Below are positions 48,919 to 58,563 of a stretch of 64,000 nucleotides of DNA, in pieces. Where the stretch lies: positions 12,025 through 76,024 of the forward strand of contig CAZTQR010000005.1 in the NCBI GenBank assembly GCA_964615795.1. The letters are read 5' to 3'. This DNA comes from an uncultured Ignavibacteriaceae bacterium. Lineage in GTDB: Bacteria > Bacteroidota > Ignavibacteria > Tepidaquicellales > Tepidaquicellaceae. Under the pieces are notes generated by a model. It saw only the letters and a program-made list of their open reading frames with translations. It was not told where the DNA came from and did no database searches. The translations under genes and the position numbers were made by a program. Each line of letters starts with the position of its first letter. The stretch's first letter is position 1.

Positions 48919-51171
48919 TTACTTAACCAGTGTCATCTTCATTGTCTCTGACCGGTTGCCGGCTTCGAGCCTGTAAAGATATACACCTGCAGAGAGCGAA
49001 GATGCGTTGAAGTCAACGCTGTAACTTCCCCTGTCAAGATATCCGTTGACAAGTTGTGTAACCTGCCTTCCAAGCATGTCATATACCTTCAGCGTAGCAA
49101 ATGTTCTTTCGGGCAGACTGAAGTTTATGAGTGTGGAGGGATTGAACGGATTCGGATAGTTCTGCATAAGTCTGAATTCCTCAGCATTGCCTGCGAATGA
49201 GTTTACTGAAGTGAGCGTCAGTGTTCCTTCAAAAGGCAAAAGGTTTGTTCCCGTTATCACTCCCGTTACAGGCAGAGATTCCGTGAGCAGTGACTTGTCT
49301 ATTGTGTAATTTCCAAGACTGTCAGTGTACCCTGATGCTTTAAGGAGGTCTGACTGATGAAGTGCAACGAGGCTTCCTTTGACATTCTCGCCCTCGGTTT
49401 TCACATTCACAGTGAAGAAGTTGCCGCTCAAAGATGAAGTCACTGAAACAGTCTTTGGAGCGCCGGAGAATGCTTCCTGCGACGGGTCGCCGAGCACCAT
49501 GAACTGATTGATCGTCTCGGTTACAGTTCCGTTTCCGTTGAAATACTGATATGCTTTTATCTTACCGAAGTTCAGCATTGAACCGAAATCCCTGATTCCG
49601 TGCCTGAAGTATGAATAGAGCATTTCCCTCCCGATCGTATCAGTCGTGTAAAAAGCGCACAGCTCGGTTGATGCAGCAATGTTTGATGCTGAATTGCCCC
49701 TCTCCCTTTCTATCCATGCTTCGCCGAAGCAGTTGTTTGTTGTTGAGTAGTCAAGGTCGGCATTTGAGCAGGCAATAGAAACTATCGAAGGCTGTTTCTT
49801 GCCAAAGTTGAGATTGACCATGTTGTTCATGCTCCATACGGGATCAGCCCACGAAGTTGACGAACCGTGGCCGATGAACCATATCCAGCTCACTCCCTGA
49901 TTTATCAAAGCGGTAATCTGAGACTGTGTGAATGAATTGTTCACAAGCTCGACATTGTCAAAGCCGCCTTCGTTTTCAAACACCCTCTTGGCAACCTGCC
50001 CGTTAACAGGGTCAATGCCGTCATTGCTGTGAAGTACTATTGCGCGCTTGTACCAGTCTGTCTGCTGTGTGTTCGGTTGTCTTTCGTACTGTATGAGTTT
50101 TGAGACTGCCGAGTCAAGTTCCGGCATTGTCTGAACCGAAATGCGCCCGACTACGATGTCCGGTAAGATGTCTGTTCCGTCAAGGCACTGATACGGATGG
50201 TCAGACTTTCCTCCTGTTGCTGTGAACCACGGGAACGTGTTCGTGCCGGATGCATCGCCGACAATAAGCACAAACTCAGGCCTGTCGGGTGAATTGTAAA
50301 GCTGTGTAAGATACGCCTTGACCTGCTCTGCGGTCGGTGAGGGAATGCCGGCTATCTCCGACTTTCTTACAACAGTTGTGGCAATTCCTTTTCTCTGTTT
50401 CCAGTCTCTGACCGGAAGCACTCCGTCATAGAGCGCATCGGCAACAAGCACCAGAAGCTTTGGTGCTACCGTAAAATGATCAGGTGCTTCATAATTCATT
50501 ATGAGCTGTTTGTACATCTTCTCAAAGCTCCTTGACAATCCGTATCCGTTCGATGTTACGTTATTCATTGAAGACTGGCCATCATATACGAGATCAAACT
50601 CGATGTTTGTGAAAGCTCTCACTGTAGCGTTCCCGGGATTGAACAGCAGCGGATGAATTGAAACAACGGCCACTCTCACATCCCTGAACACAGCGATCTC
50701 CTTAATGCTTACGGGTGACGCGGGGTTGTAAGAAACACGCGAATAATACTCCCCGCTTACCGGGCTTTCATCAAAAAGGCCGTTTGAATTCCTCAATGGC
50801 AGTGCCGAGTATGGGCTCACACTGATTCCCGCAAAGTCAACATAAGATGAATTTCTGATCTCGACTCTTACATTCTTGCCGTTGGGAATCTGAATGAATT
50901 TTGTTACGACGGGAAGTGAAGCTTCCCCCGGTTCTCCAAGTGAAACTGCGTCTTTCACACTAAGCTTTTGAAAGACTTGTGTGCCGTTTTGAACATCTTC
51001 TCTATAGAAGCCTGAGAGCTCTGCTGAAAGCGTAGTCCTTTCCGTATTTGAACTGCGAAGGCTCACATCAAATCCGTCACCGGGACGGCTGCCTGTCTTT
51101 ACAAAAATGCCGTCTGCGAAAGAACTTACAGTGATCAGCATTACAGATAAAGCTGTCAGAATCAGTTTCAT
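48919..51171 (-). CDS. Peptidase C25 (gingipain-like cysteine protease) with T9SS type-A C-terminal sorting domain
   Basis: 750 aa. The signal peptide is MKLILTALSVMLITVSSFA. The catalytic His is in WFIGHGSSTSW and the catalytic Cys in VSIACSNADLD. The C-terminal domain is NYPNPFNPSTLINFSL..AGVYLYRLEAGNRSETMKMTLVK. Confidence 0.85.
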   Translation of the reverse strand: MKLILTALSVMLITVSSFADGIFVKTGSRPGDGFDVSLRSSNTERTTLSAELSGFYREDVQNGTQVFQKLSVKDAVSLGEPGEASLPVVTKFIQIPNGKNVRVEIRNSSYVDFAGISVSPYSALPLRNSNGLFDESPVSGEYYSRVSYNPASPVSIKEIAVFRDVRVAVVSIHPLLFNPGNATVRAFTNIEFDLVYDGQSSMNNVTSNGYGLSRSFEKMYKQLIMNYEAPDHFTVAPKLLVLVADALYDGVLPVRDWKQRKGIATTVVRKSEIAGIPSPTAEQVKAYLTQLYNSPDRPEFVLIVGDASGTNTFPWFTATGGKSDHPYQCLDGTDILPDIVVGRISVQTMPELDSAVSKLIQYERQPNTQQTDWYKRAIVLHSNDGIDPVNGQVAKRVFENEGGFDNVELVNNSFTQSQITALINQGVSWIWFIGHGSSTSWADPVWSMNNMVNLNFGKKQPSIVSIACSNADLDYSTTNNCFGEAWIERERGNSASNIAASTELCAFYTTDTIGREMLYSYFRHGIRDFGSMLNFGKIKAYQYFNGNGTVTETINQFMVLGDPSQEAFSGAPKTVSVTSSLSGNFFTVNVKTEGENVKGSLVALHQSDLLKASGYTDSLGNYTIDKSLLTESLPVTGVITGTNLLPFEGTLTLTSVNSFAGNAEEFRLMQNYPNPFNPSTLINFSLPERTFATLKVYDMLGRQVTQLVNGYLDRGSYSVDFNASSLSAGVYLYRLEAGNRSETMKMTLVK

Positions 51172-51204
51172 TGCTATGTTGTTTGAGTTTTCGGTTACGT
51201 TAAT

Positions 51205-51777
51205 TCAGGTTTCTTTTGACATCACATCATTCATGAACGACATTATGTATTTGTCTATCCTTTCCTGAGCGAATTCATCCACTTCTATTTCGTCAATTTT
51301 GTTGCGCGGCTCGTCAGACTTAACAGATACCTTTGCAGTGATCTTGATATTGTCTTTTACCGGGCTGTAAGCGAACTGCAGAAACGGAGCGTTAACACCG
51401 AGCGTGATCTTGCTGTGCCCCTGCGGATAGAACAGTATTTGGATGAATATCCGCTTGTTCGGATCGCGGATAACGGCAAGCTCGTTTGAATAGTAATTGA
51501 GCGAACATCCCGACCTTCCAATTACCATGGAGATCTCCTTTATAAGAGGAATGATGTGGTTTGTAATAATGGATTTGAAACGCCTTGCATTCTCAGTATC
51601 CATGTGCTCAACGAGCTTACTCTGGTTGTTCTTCGACCTGCCGAGCACTTCATCTGTGAGACGCTCCAGTTCATGTTTCATTTCAAGGTTCATTCTGAAA
51701 CTATTGTGCAATAAATTACACTTATTATCGGAAAGTTGAAAGATGAATCTCACATGTGCACCTCTGTTTGCCTGCAT
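51205..51777 (-). CDS. Hypothetical protein (no recognisable domain)
   Basis: An ORF with coding-like composition. The track start at 51846 overlaps the upstream gene by 55 nt. The ATG at 51777 lies 14 nt after that gene's TAA. The ATG at 51693 (MNLEMKHELERL) is also possible. Confidence 0.5.
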   Translation of the reverse strand: MQANRGAHVRFIFQLSDNKCNLLHNSFRMNLEMKHELERLTDEVLGRSKNNQSKLVEHMDTENARRFKSIITNHIIPLIKEISMVIGRSGCSLNYYSNELAVIRDPNKRIFIQILFYPQGHSKITLGVNAPFLQFAYSPVKDNIKITAKVSVKSDEPRNKIDEIEVDEFAQERIDKYIMSFMNDVMSKET

Positions 51778-51791
51778 AACAGGGAGAGATA

Positions 51792-53603
51792 TTACACGGG
51801 CAGGCCGTTCATCCGCATGATCTCCAGCGCATTCGTTGTGGGACACGGTCCCGGAAGGATCTTGTATTCAAAAGACATCCTCCCGTCAATAATGTGTTCA
51901 CGGAAATGGTAATTCACCGCCTTATCCAGACTGTCTGCAAGCGCCGCAAGTTCAAGGTCATGTGTGGTCACAAAGCCGGTACAATTCAGCAACGAAAGCT
52001 TTGTCATGAATGCTATGCTTCCCTGCAGGCGTTCTTTATTGTTCGTACCTTTGAAAATCTCATCTATGAAGAACATCACTTCGCCGGCGTCAGGATCCCC
52101 GAGTATGTCGAGAAGCATCTTCAACCTCTTCACTTCGGAATAGAAATAAGAGATCCCGTCAAACACTGAATCGCTGACCTTGATGCATGTGAAAAGTTCA
52201 AATCCTGCGGAATGAAGCTGACTGCATGCCGACGGCGCACCGGAATATGCGAGGCAGAGATTGATTCCGGCGGTGCGGAGGAAAGTGCTCTTGCCTGACA
52301 TGTTCGAACCCGTAATGATCACGAGTTCATTTTCCTTTTTCATTTCAAAGTCATTGAGCTTTCGCTGTTCTCTCTTCATCAGCGGATGCCCGGCTTTCAG
52401 AACACTGAATTTACTGTTCTGTGACAGGCCGGCATAATTATAATCAGGATTCAGATCGGCAAAGTTGGCAAGTGCAAAGAAGCATTCGAGTTCGTTGAAA
52501 TTTCCCAGCCATCCGGCGATGTGTTCTTTCACACGCAGTGCGGAGTCCCTGAACTTTCTCTGAAGGACGAAATCGTAAGGAACGATGAGGTTTATCAGTA
52601 ACCTGAACACGGCATTTTCTCTGTAGGCCGAAGCGTCGGAAAGTTTGCGGAGGGAGTTCATTTCTTTTTGGAGGAGGCCCGAAGGGCCGAAAAAATCCGC
52701 GAAGCGGATTCGGGCGGCGGAGTTTTCCGGAAGCCCGGCACTGGCGAGAGTTCTGACCACCGAGTGGAATTTTGTGATCTCAGGTTCGATCTCGGCAAGC
52801 GCTGAAAGCGCTTTGCCGGTCTTTCCGGCGAATGCGAAAAATATGAACAGGTTGAGTATCAGGAAAAGGGCCGAAGGCCCTTCATACAAACCGATTGCCG
52901 AAAGTGTGCTTGTTGCAATGAATGCGGCCGAGAATACTGATGAAAGGACAACAGCCGCCAGGGGTGCCTCATAATTCATATCCGTATTGAATGCCCTTAC
53001 AGTTGCCTCACAGTTTATCTTCTTTGAAGAAGATAATCTTGCACGTAACTGAAATCTTCTTCTTAACCGTGTGTAAGCGGACAATTCCCTCACTATTTTC
53101 TGCCGGATCAGCAGTTCTTCGTAACCCGGAAAATCTCCGTGAATGAACTTTCGAAGAAGTGCCGAGCCTTCAAGTGAAACGGTGTTGTCAAGCAGGCAGT
53201 GCAGTGACCTGTGACCGTAAAGGTCCAGGTCACGTTCAATGAAATCCGGTTCTTCGGTCGCTCCTGCGTAGTAGCCGGGAAGTTTCTCCCAGTCAATATC
53301 CATCCTTGCAATGTCTTCATCCAGTATTGAAGCGTATGCCTTCATTCTGCGCATGCCTGAGAGAAGCTTATTATGGAAGTGAACGATGAGCGAAAATGCT
53401 CCAAGTGAAACAACCAGGGACACCCATCCCCAAAGAGTTGAAACGCTGAACAGATAAACTACCGCCAGCGTCAGCGCTATGAACCCAATCAAACGCGCAG
53501 CAGAGAACCGGTTGCTCTTCTTTGAATAAGATTCGAGCTTCTGCCCGCACCCTCGGGAGAGTCTTAAAAGACTCTCCCGCTTTGATTTAAATGCCGCATC
53601 CAT
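51792..53603 (-). CDS. MutS-related ATPase (MutS domain III/V only) with four predicted N-terminal TM helices
   Basis: 603 aa. It has Walker A ITGSNMSGKSTFLRT, Walker B FIDEIFKGTN and TTHDLEL. The TM pairs are LIGFIALTLAVVYLFSV/WVSLVVSLGAFSLIVHF and AAVVLSSVFSAAFIATS/ALFLILNLFIFFAFAG. There is no mismatch-binding domain I. Confidence 0.8.
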   Translation of the reverse strand: MDAAFKSKRESLLRLSRGCGQKLESYSKKSNRFSAARLIGFIALTLAVVYLFSVSTLWGWVSLVVSLGAFSLIVHFHNKLLSGMRRMKAYASILDEDIARMDIDWEKLPGYYAGATEEPDFIERDLDLYGHRSLHCLLDNTVSLEGSALLRKFIHGDFPGYEELLIRQKIVRELSAYTRLRRRFQLRARLSSSKKINCEATVRAFNTDMNYEAPLAAVVLSSVFSAAFIATSTLSAIGLYEGPSALFLILNLFIFFAFAGKTGKALSALAEIEPEITKFHSVVRTLASAGLPENSAARIRFADFFGPSGLLQKEMNSLRKLSDASAYRENAVFRLLINLIVPYDFVLQRKFRDSALRVKEHIAGWLGNFNELECFFALANFADLNPDYNYAGLSQNSKFSVLKAGHPLMKREQRKLNDFEMKKENELVIITGSNMSGKSTFLRTAGINLCLAYSGAPSACSQLHSAGFELFTCIKVSDSVFDGISYFYSEVKRLKMLLDILGDPDAGEVMFFIDEIFKGTNNKERLQGSIAFMTKLSLLNCTGFVTTHDLELAALADSLDKAVNYHFREHIIDGRMSFEYKILPGPCPTTNALEIMRMNGLPV

Positions 53604-53688
53604 ATTATTTCAACTTAGCTATATGCCATAAAAAAAGAAGCATACACTTTTGAACACAATATTTTAAGCAGGATTGATAATTTGAGCC

Positions 53689-54870
53689 GTGCTAAAAGTT
53701 GACGTGATCATAATCGGAGCCGGTGCCGCGGGGCTCATGTGCGCCATCACAGCGGGAAAGCGCGGCCTGAAGGCCGCTGTGATAGAACACAACGACAGGC
53801 CCGGCAGAAAGATCCTGATCTCGGGAGGCGGCAGATGCAACTTCACCAATATTCATACCTCACACGATAATTTTATCTCCGCCAATCCCGACTTCTGCAG
53901 ATCTGCTCTTGCTGGTTACTCTCCTGACGACTTCATTGCACTCGTAAAAAAACATGGGATCAATTTTTTCGAGAAAAAACTCGGACAGCTCTTCTGCCGC
54001 AGTTCTTCAAAGCAGATCGTAGATATGCTGATGAAGGAATGTGCCGGATCTTCGGCAAGCGTAAATTGCGGCGAAAGAGTGACCTCGGTTTCTAAAAATG
54101 AAAGGTTCTTTGTCACTACATCAGCCGCCGAGTACGCAGCAGATTCTCTCGTCATCGCAACCGGCGGCAAGTCAATCTCAAAAGCCGGAGCAACAGGATT
54201 CGGTTACGGGATCGCTAAGCAGTTCGGCCACAAAGTGATCGACACCAGGCCGGGACTCGTTCCTCTTATTCTTGCTGAAAATGATCTGAGAATGTTCGGA
54301 GCTTTGAGCGGAGTTTCGGTATCGGGGAGGGTTTCTGTAAGAAGAACATCATTTGAAGAGAATATCCTCTTTACTCACAGAGGGCTAAGCGGACCGGCAA
54401 TACTTCAGGTCTCTTCATATATCCGCGAAGGCGGGAAGCTCAATGTGAAATTTCTTGACCGTGAATTTCTTGCAAAGGAACTGGCAGGCATGAAGAGTTC
54501 GAGAGTCAGCACTGCAAACTTTCTTTCCGCTTATCTTCCTCAGCGGCTCATACCGGCTTTGATAGACGGGGCTATCTGCACAAGGCCTGTTAACATGCTG
54601 ACGTCAGAAGAGATGCGGATAATAGAAGCCAGCGCCTCGGAACGTGAATTTACGATCACGGGAAATGAAGGATTTGAAAAGGCGGAAGTTACGTGCGGCG
54701 GAGTTGACACAACTGAACTGTCATCAAAGACGATGGAATCAAAATTGGTAAAAGGATTGTATTTCATTGGCGAAGTTGTGGATGTGACCGGCTGGCTCGG
54801 CGGCTACAATTTTCAGTGGGCGTGGGCATCAGGGTTTGCCGCGGGCAATGCATTGCAGATCCAAAAATGA
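53689..54870 (+). CDS. NAD(P)/FAD-dependent oxidoreductase, HI0933/BaiN family
   Basis: 393 aa with a GTG start. It has the dinucleotide fold VDVIIIGAGAAGLMCA and the motifs GGGRCNFTN and FIGEVVDVTGWLGGYNFQWAW. Confidence 0.85.
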   Translation: MLKVDVIIIGAGAAGLMCAITAGKRGLKAAVIEHNDRPGRKILISGGGRCNFTNIHTSHDNFISANPDFCRSALAGYSPDDFIALVKKHGINFFEKKLGQLFCRSSSKQIVDMLMKECAGSSASVNCGERVTSVSKNERFFVTTSAAEYAADSLVIATGGKSISKAGATGFGYGIAKQFGHKVIDTRPGLVPLILAENDLRMFGALSGVSVSGRVSVRRTSFEENILFTHRGLSGPAILQVSSYIREGGKLNVKFLDREFLAKELAGMKSSRVSTANFLSAYLPQRLIPALIDGAICTRPVNMLTSEEMRIIEASASEREFTITGNEGFEKAEVTCGGVDTTELSSKTMESKLVKGLYFIGEVVDVTGWLGGYNFQWAWASGFAAGNALQIQK

Positions 54871-54910
54871 ACTGCGTCCGGAAGTTTAATTCCCGGCCGG
54901 CACTGCCCTT

Positions 54911-55861
54911 TCAAACTCTCGCCGCTTCGGGAAGCCTGTCCCTGTACTTGCTTATCTTCCACTCATGATCCTCCGCCTCCTCGCACTCTTTACTGCATGA
55001 CCTCTTATGAGATATCTCGCAATCTTCACAGCAGATGAACTGGAAATGACAGCTGAGATGTGCGCAGTTGACAAACCTGTCATGCGGCTTGCCGCAGTGA
55101 TAGCATTTTCCGACAAGTTTATAACCCTCCGCATGGTTAACTTCCACCGAGATCCTCTCATCAAATACATAACACTTGCCGTCAAACAGCGCGCCTCTTG
55201 TGGCGGGATCTTTTGAGTAATTGATTATCCCGCCCTTGAGCTGGCTCACATCGCTTATTCCCTCCTTCATCAGAAGCGCAGTGAACTTCTCGCATCTGAT
55301 CCCGCCGGTGCAGTAGGTCAGCACTTTCCTTCCGGCCATCAGATCCTTATTGCGTTTTACCCAGGAGGGAAATTCTTTGAAGGTCCTCACATCCGGCCTG
55401 ATCGCATTTCTGAAATGGCCAAGGTCGTACTCGTAATCATTTCGTGCATCAATTAACACGGTATCCTTATCAGACATTGCCTGCAGAAATTCTTCAGGCA
55501 TCAGATATTTGCCGGTTTCAGCATTTGGATCTATATCATATTCAGTGTGAAGAGTTACGATTTCATCCCTCGCTCTTACGAACATTTTCTTGAATGCATG
55601 CCCGTCGGCTTCATCTGTCTTGAATTCAATATCCGTGAACTCCGGGATCATTCTCATTGCGGCTATGTATGTGTCCGTTTGCTGAACTGTGCCGGACACT
55701 GTTCCGTTGATTCCCTCCGGAGCTACAAGAATTCTTCCTTTGATGTCAAGGGCTTTGCAGAAATTCAGGTGAAGCTCGGCAAATTTCTCCGGGTCATTCA
55801 GTTTCACGAACTTGTAGTAGAGCAATACTCTGTAAGGCTTTGTGATCTTCTTCATGTGCAA
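54911..55861 (-). CDS. trhO: Rhodanese-domain tRNA uridine(34) hydroxylase-like protein (UPF0176/YceA)
   Basis: 316 aa. It has LLYYKF near the N-terminus, the rhodanese active-site loop YCTGGIRCEK and a Cys-rich C-terminal tail. Confidence 0.8.
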   Translation of the reverse strand: MHMKKITKPYRVLLYYKFVKLNDPEKFAELHLNFCKALDIKGRILVAPEGINGTVSGTVQQTDTYIAAMRMIPEFTDIEFKTDEADGHAFKKMFVRARDEIVTLHTEYDIDPNAETGKYLMPEEFLQAMSDKDTVLIDARNDYEYDLGHFRNAIRPDVRTFKEFPSWVKRNKDLMAGRKVLTYCTGGIRCEKFTALLMKEGISDVSQLKGGIINYSKDPATRGALFDGKCYVFDERISVEVNHAEGYKLVGKCYHCGKPHDRFVNCAHLSCHFQFICCEDCEISHKRSCSKECEEAEDHEWKISKYRDRLPEAARV

Positions 55862-56038
55862 AATTAAGACTGGCGGCTGACAATTGAAAATTCAAAACTT
55901 TTCCGTCCGTTGCAGCAGTCCGCAGAAATACTGCCGGCATTTGCCATTTTCTGATGAGCCCGTTCAATTGCATTTTCTAGTTTAATATTTAATTGATAAC
56001 TTTTTGAAGTCATCTTAACCAACCATAATATAACAGTC

Positions 56039-56518
56039 ATGGCCTACACTCAGGCGGATGTGGATGAAGTGACAAAGGAGGCATCTGAGGAAATAGTAAA
56101 CCTGGTTTCTCCCGAAGAGTCAGAAATATTTGAGGAGATTTTCGCTTCCGTGACGGGTTCCGGAAGCCGTAAAGACACGCCTGACAGCATGCTCGGATTC
56201 GGCGTGGAAGCTCTGCAATTCCTGCAGACACCGGCTGTTATAGGGATGGTTAGCACCGTTGCGGGATTTCTTTTCAGCGAAGTGGTTAAGTCGCTGAAGG
56301 ATGAATCTTCGGTCATCATAAAAGCAAAGATAAAGAAGCTGTTTAAGAAGGGTAAGGAGGACCCCAGGGAACTTCTTCCTGCATTTACAAAGGATCAGTA
56401 TGCCACATTGAAGAAGATGGCATTTGATTCCGCGAAGAAGTTCGGCGCAACCGACGATGCGGCTGAGAAGATGTCTCTTGCACTGCTCGGTTCGATGAAT
56501 CTCCCGCAGGGAAAGTGA
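56039..56518 (+). CDS. Hypothetical small membrane protein (acidic N-terminus, one central TM, basic C-terminus)
   Basis: 159 aa. The TM candidate is PAVIGMVSTVAGFLFSEVV. The stop TGA (56516-56518) is followed by one base and then the ATG of the next gene. Confidence 0.55.
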   Translation: MAYTQADVDEVTKEASEEIVNLVSPEESEIFEEIFASVTGSGSRKDTPDSMLGFGVEALQFLQTPAVIGMVSTVAGFLFSEVVKSLKDESSVIIKAKIKKLFKKGKEDPRELLPAFTKDQYATLKKMAFDSAKKFGATDDAAEKMSLALLGSMNLPQGK

Positions 56519-56519
56519 C

Positions 56520-58142
56520 ATGAACCCACAGCAACGGCCGGACACTTCAGTCGCATTCAGGTTCCCGGCAGAAACAAGCATTTACTTCTTCCTGTTGATA
56601 CTCTCGGCGCTCTTTGTGTCTGTGAACATCTCACAGAATATTGAACGCAGCATTCAGGTCATGATGGAACCTGATGAAACTGATCAAGGCAAGCCACTGC
56701 TTCCTGAAATCCTCGGTGAACAAAGCGCTTCTCAGCTATTGCTCTCATATTCCAGGCCACTCGCAGTTCCTGCAATCACTGTAGTCTTACTTTTCTCTGC
56801 CACAGCATTGCTGTTCTTCGCATATCCTTTATTTATACTCAGAAAGGTCAGACAGCCTGCGATAGTTTCCAAAACGCTTGCCACAACTAAGGACTATGTT
56901 TCAGATATTGCCGCTGACTTCGGAGCAAAGGTAGTTGTAGTTCTTAACTCAACTTTGCTTTCCGCTAATGCGAGGGCTTTCGGTACCGGCCTTAAGAATT
57001 ACATAAAGCTCGATGCAGGGCTTGCCATGATTAAGATAAAGGCGGGTGACGTATTCCGGGCAATAGTCGGGCATGAGATCGGGCATGTGATCAACAAAGA
57101 CATTCCCAAGACTTACATTGCCGTTGTGATCTGGTATTCCGTTGCCGGACTGTTCGTCATTCCACTGTTCATCACGCTCGGGATCGTTTTCCTGCAGGGC
57201 ATTTTCGAAAAGGCACTTCCCGACGGACTTGATGCATCTGAGATCAGAAGGATACTGACGGTAAACATCCCGTTTCTTATCAAGCCGTTGCTTCAGTTGT
57301 TGCTTCTGCTGACGCTCATCATCTTTTTCCGAAACAGGGTTCTGCGCTCAAGAGAGTTCTATGCCGATCTCCGAAGCGCTGATATGGGCAACCGGGACGG
57401 GCTTCTGAAGATCCTGAACAGCGACAGGACTGAAAAGCCCGGCTTCATCAGGAGACTGCTCACATTTCATCCGTCTTCGGACGAAAGGGCTAAGGTTGTT
57501 GTTAACCCCCTGCTGTTGTTCCGGACTGACCATCTCGCATCCTTCTTCACGGGAGTTCTCAGTGCAGTCATAATCAATGCATCCTTCTTCCCGCTGATGA
57601 ACCTTACTCTGCTTCTGTCACTTCTTATTTTTCCGGATAAGGATTCTTCCGGAAGCATCGGAGACATGCTTCGGTTTTTCCTGGCTGTTGTTATTCCTCT
57701 TTCGGTTGTAATGATCCTTGCACTGGCATTTGCATCGCTTATTGCTTTCAGCATCGGACTGCATTCAATGAAGCAGGCGTATGCCGCAATGTTAAGCGGA
57801 ACAATTACAGGTAAAATGAAAGCGGATGCCTTGGTTATTCCGCTTATCTTCACGTTCGGCGCGGAGACGGGTTTCCTTCTTCAGCCGTTCTACAACCTTT
57901 CACCGTCAACACCAGTTCAGTTCCTGATTGCCGGACTCACGGATGTAATGCTGATTGCATCTTTGTCACTGGTCATTGCGTATTCTGGCTACGCGGGAAG
58001 AGCGCTCGCGACTGCGGATATTTCAATGCCGGCATTCGGAAGGAAAGTAAGAACAACTCTTGCGCTGGAGACTCTCGCTTTATCATTCGTTTGGCTAATG
58101 ACTGTTGCCGTAAGAATTTACATGACAGTACAAAATAAATAA
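56520..58142 (+). CDS. M48-family (HtpX/Ste24-like) zinc metalloprotease with extended polytopic C-terminal region
   Basis: 540 aa. It has HEIGH in IVGHEIGHVINKD and the third-ligand motif SREFYADLRSAD. TM helices flank the catalytic region, and a further hydrophobic region of about 230 aa follows it. Confidence 0.75.
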   Translation: MNPQQRPDTSVAFRFPAETSIYFFLLILSALFVSVNISQNIERSIQVMMEPDETDQGKPLLPEILGEQSASQLLLSYSRPLAVPAITVVLLFSATALLFFAYPLFILRKVRQPAIVSKTLATTKDYVSDIAADFGAKVVVVLNSTLLSANARAFGTGLKNYIKLDAGLAMIKIKAGDVFRAIVGHEIGHVINKDIPKTYIAVVIWYSVAGLFVIPLFITLGIVFLQGIFEKALPDGLDASEIRRILTVNIPFLIKPLLQLLLLLTLIIFFRNRVLRSREFYADLRSADMGNRDGLLKILNSDRTEKPGFIRRLLTFHPSSDERAKVVVNPLLLFRTDHLASFFTGVLSAVIINASFFPLMNLTLLLSLLIFPDKDSSGSIGDMLRFFLAVVIPLSVVMILALAFASLIAFSIGLHSMKQAYAAMLSGTITGKMKADALVIPLIFTFGAETGFLLQPFYNLSPSTPVQFLIAGLTDVMLIASLSLVIAYSGYAGRALATADISMPAFGRKVRTTLALETLALSFVWLMTVAVRIYMTVQNK

Positions 58143-58155
58143 TTTCATACACTGT

Positions 58156-58563
58156 ATGTTCAGATCAATTCAGGGAATCGGCGGAGTGTTCATTTATGCA
58201 AATGATGCTCCTTCAATGAGAAACTGGTATTCAAGAGTGTTCGGGCTTGTTCCCGACGATGCCGACAGCGAGATATTCTATGTGGAGTACAGGTACATGA
58301 ATTACAAAGACCCGCATATAAAGGAGAGTTTTTCCTGGGCTATCATTCCGGCAAAAGAAAAAATTGAGACCGGTGCTCAAAGGTATTTCATCAACTACCG
58401 CGTGAGCAGTATGGATGAATTCACCAATCATCTGGATGAGATTGGCATAGAATACAAGGAAGTCAAAGACTTTCCGGAGGGCAGGTTCACTTCCATCACA
58501 GACCCGGAAAACAATCTGCTCGAGATATGGGAACCATCTGAAAAATTTCTGACCTGGGAATAA
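58156..58563 (+). CDS. VOC (glyoxalase/bleomycin-resistance/dioxygenase) family protein
   Basis: 135 aa. The typical VOC beta-alpha-beta-beta-beta pattern is IGGVFIYANDAPSMRNWY..TDPENNLLEIWE. Confidence 0.7.
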   Translation: MFRSIQGIGGVFIYANDAPSMRNWYSRVFGLVPDDADSEIFYVEYRYMNYKDPHIKESFSWAIIPAKEKIETGAQRYFINYRVSSMDEFTNHLDEIGIEYKEVKDFPEGRFTSITDPENNLLEIWEPSEKFLTWE

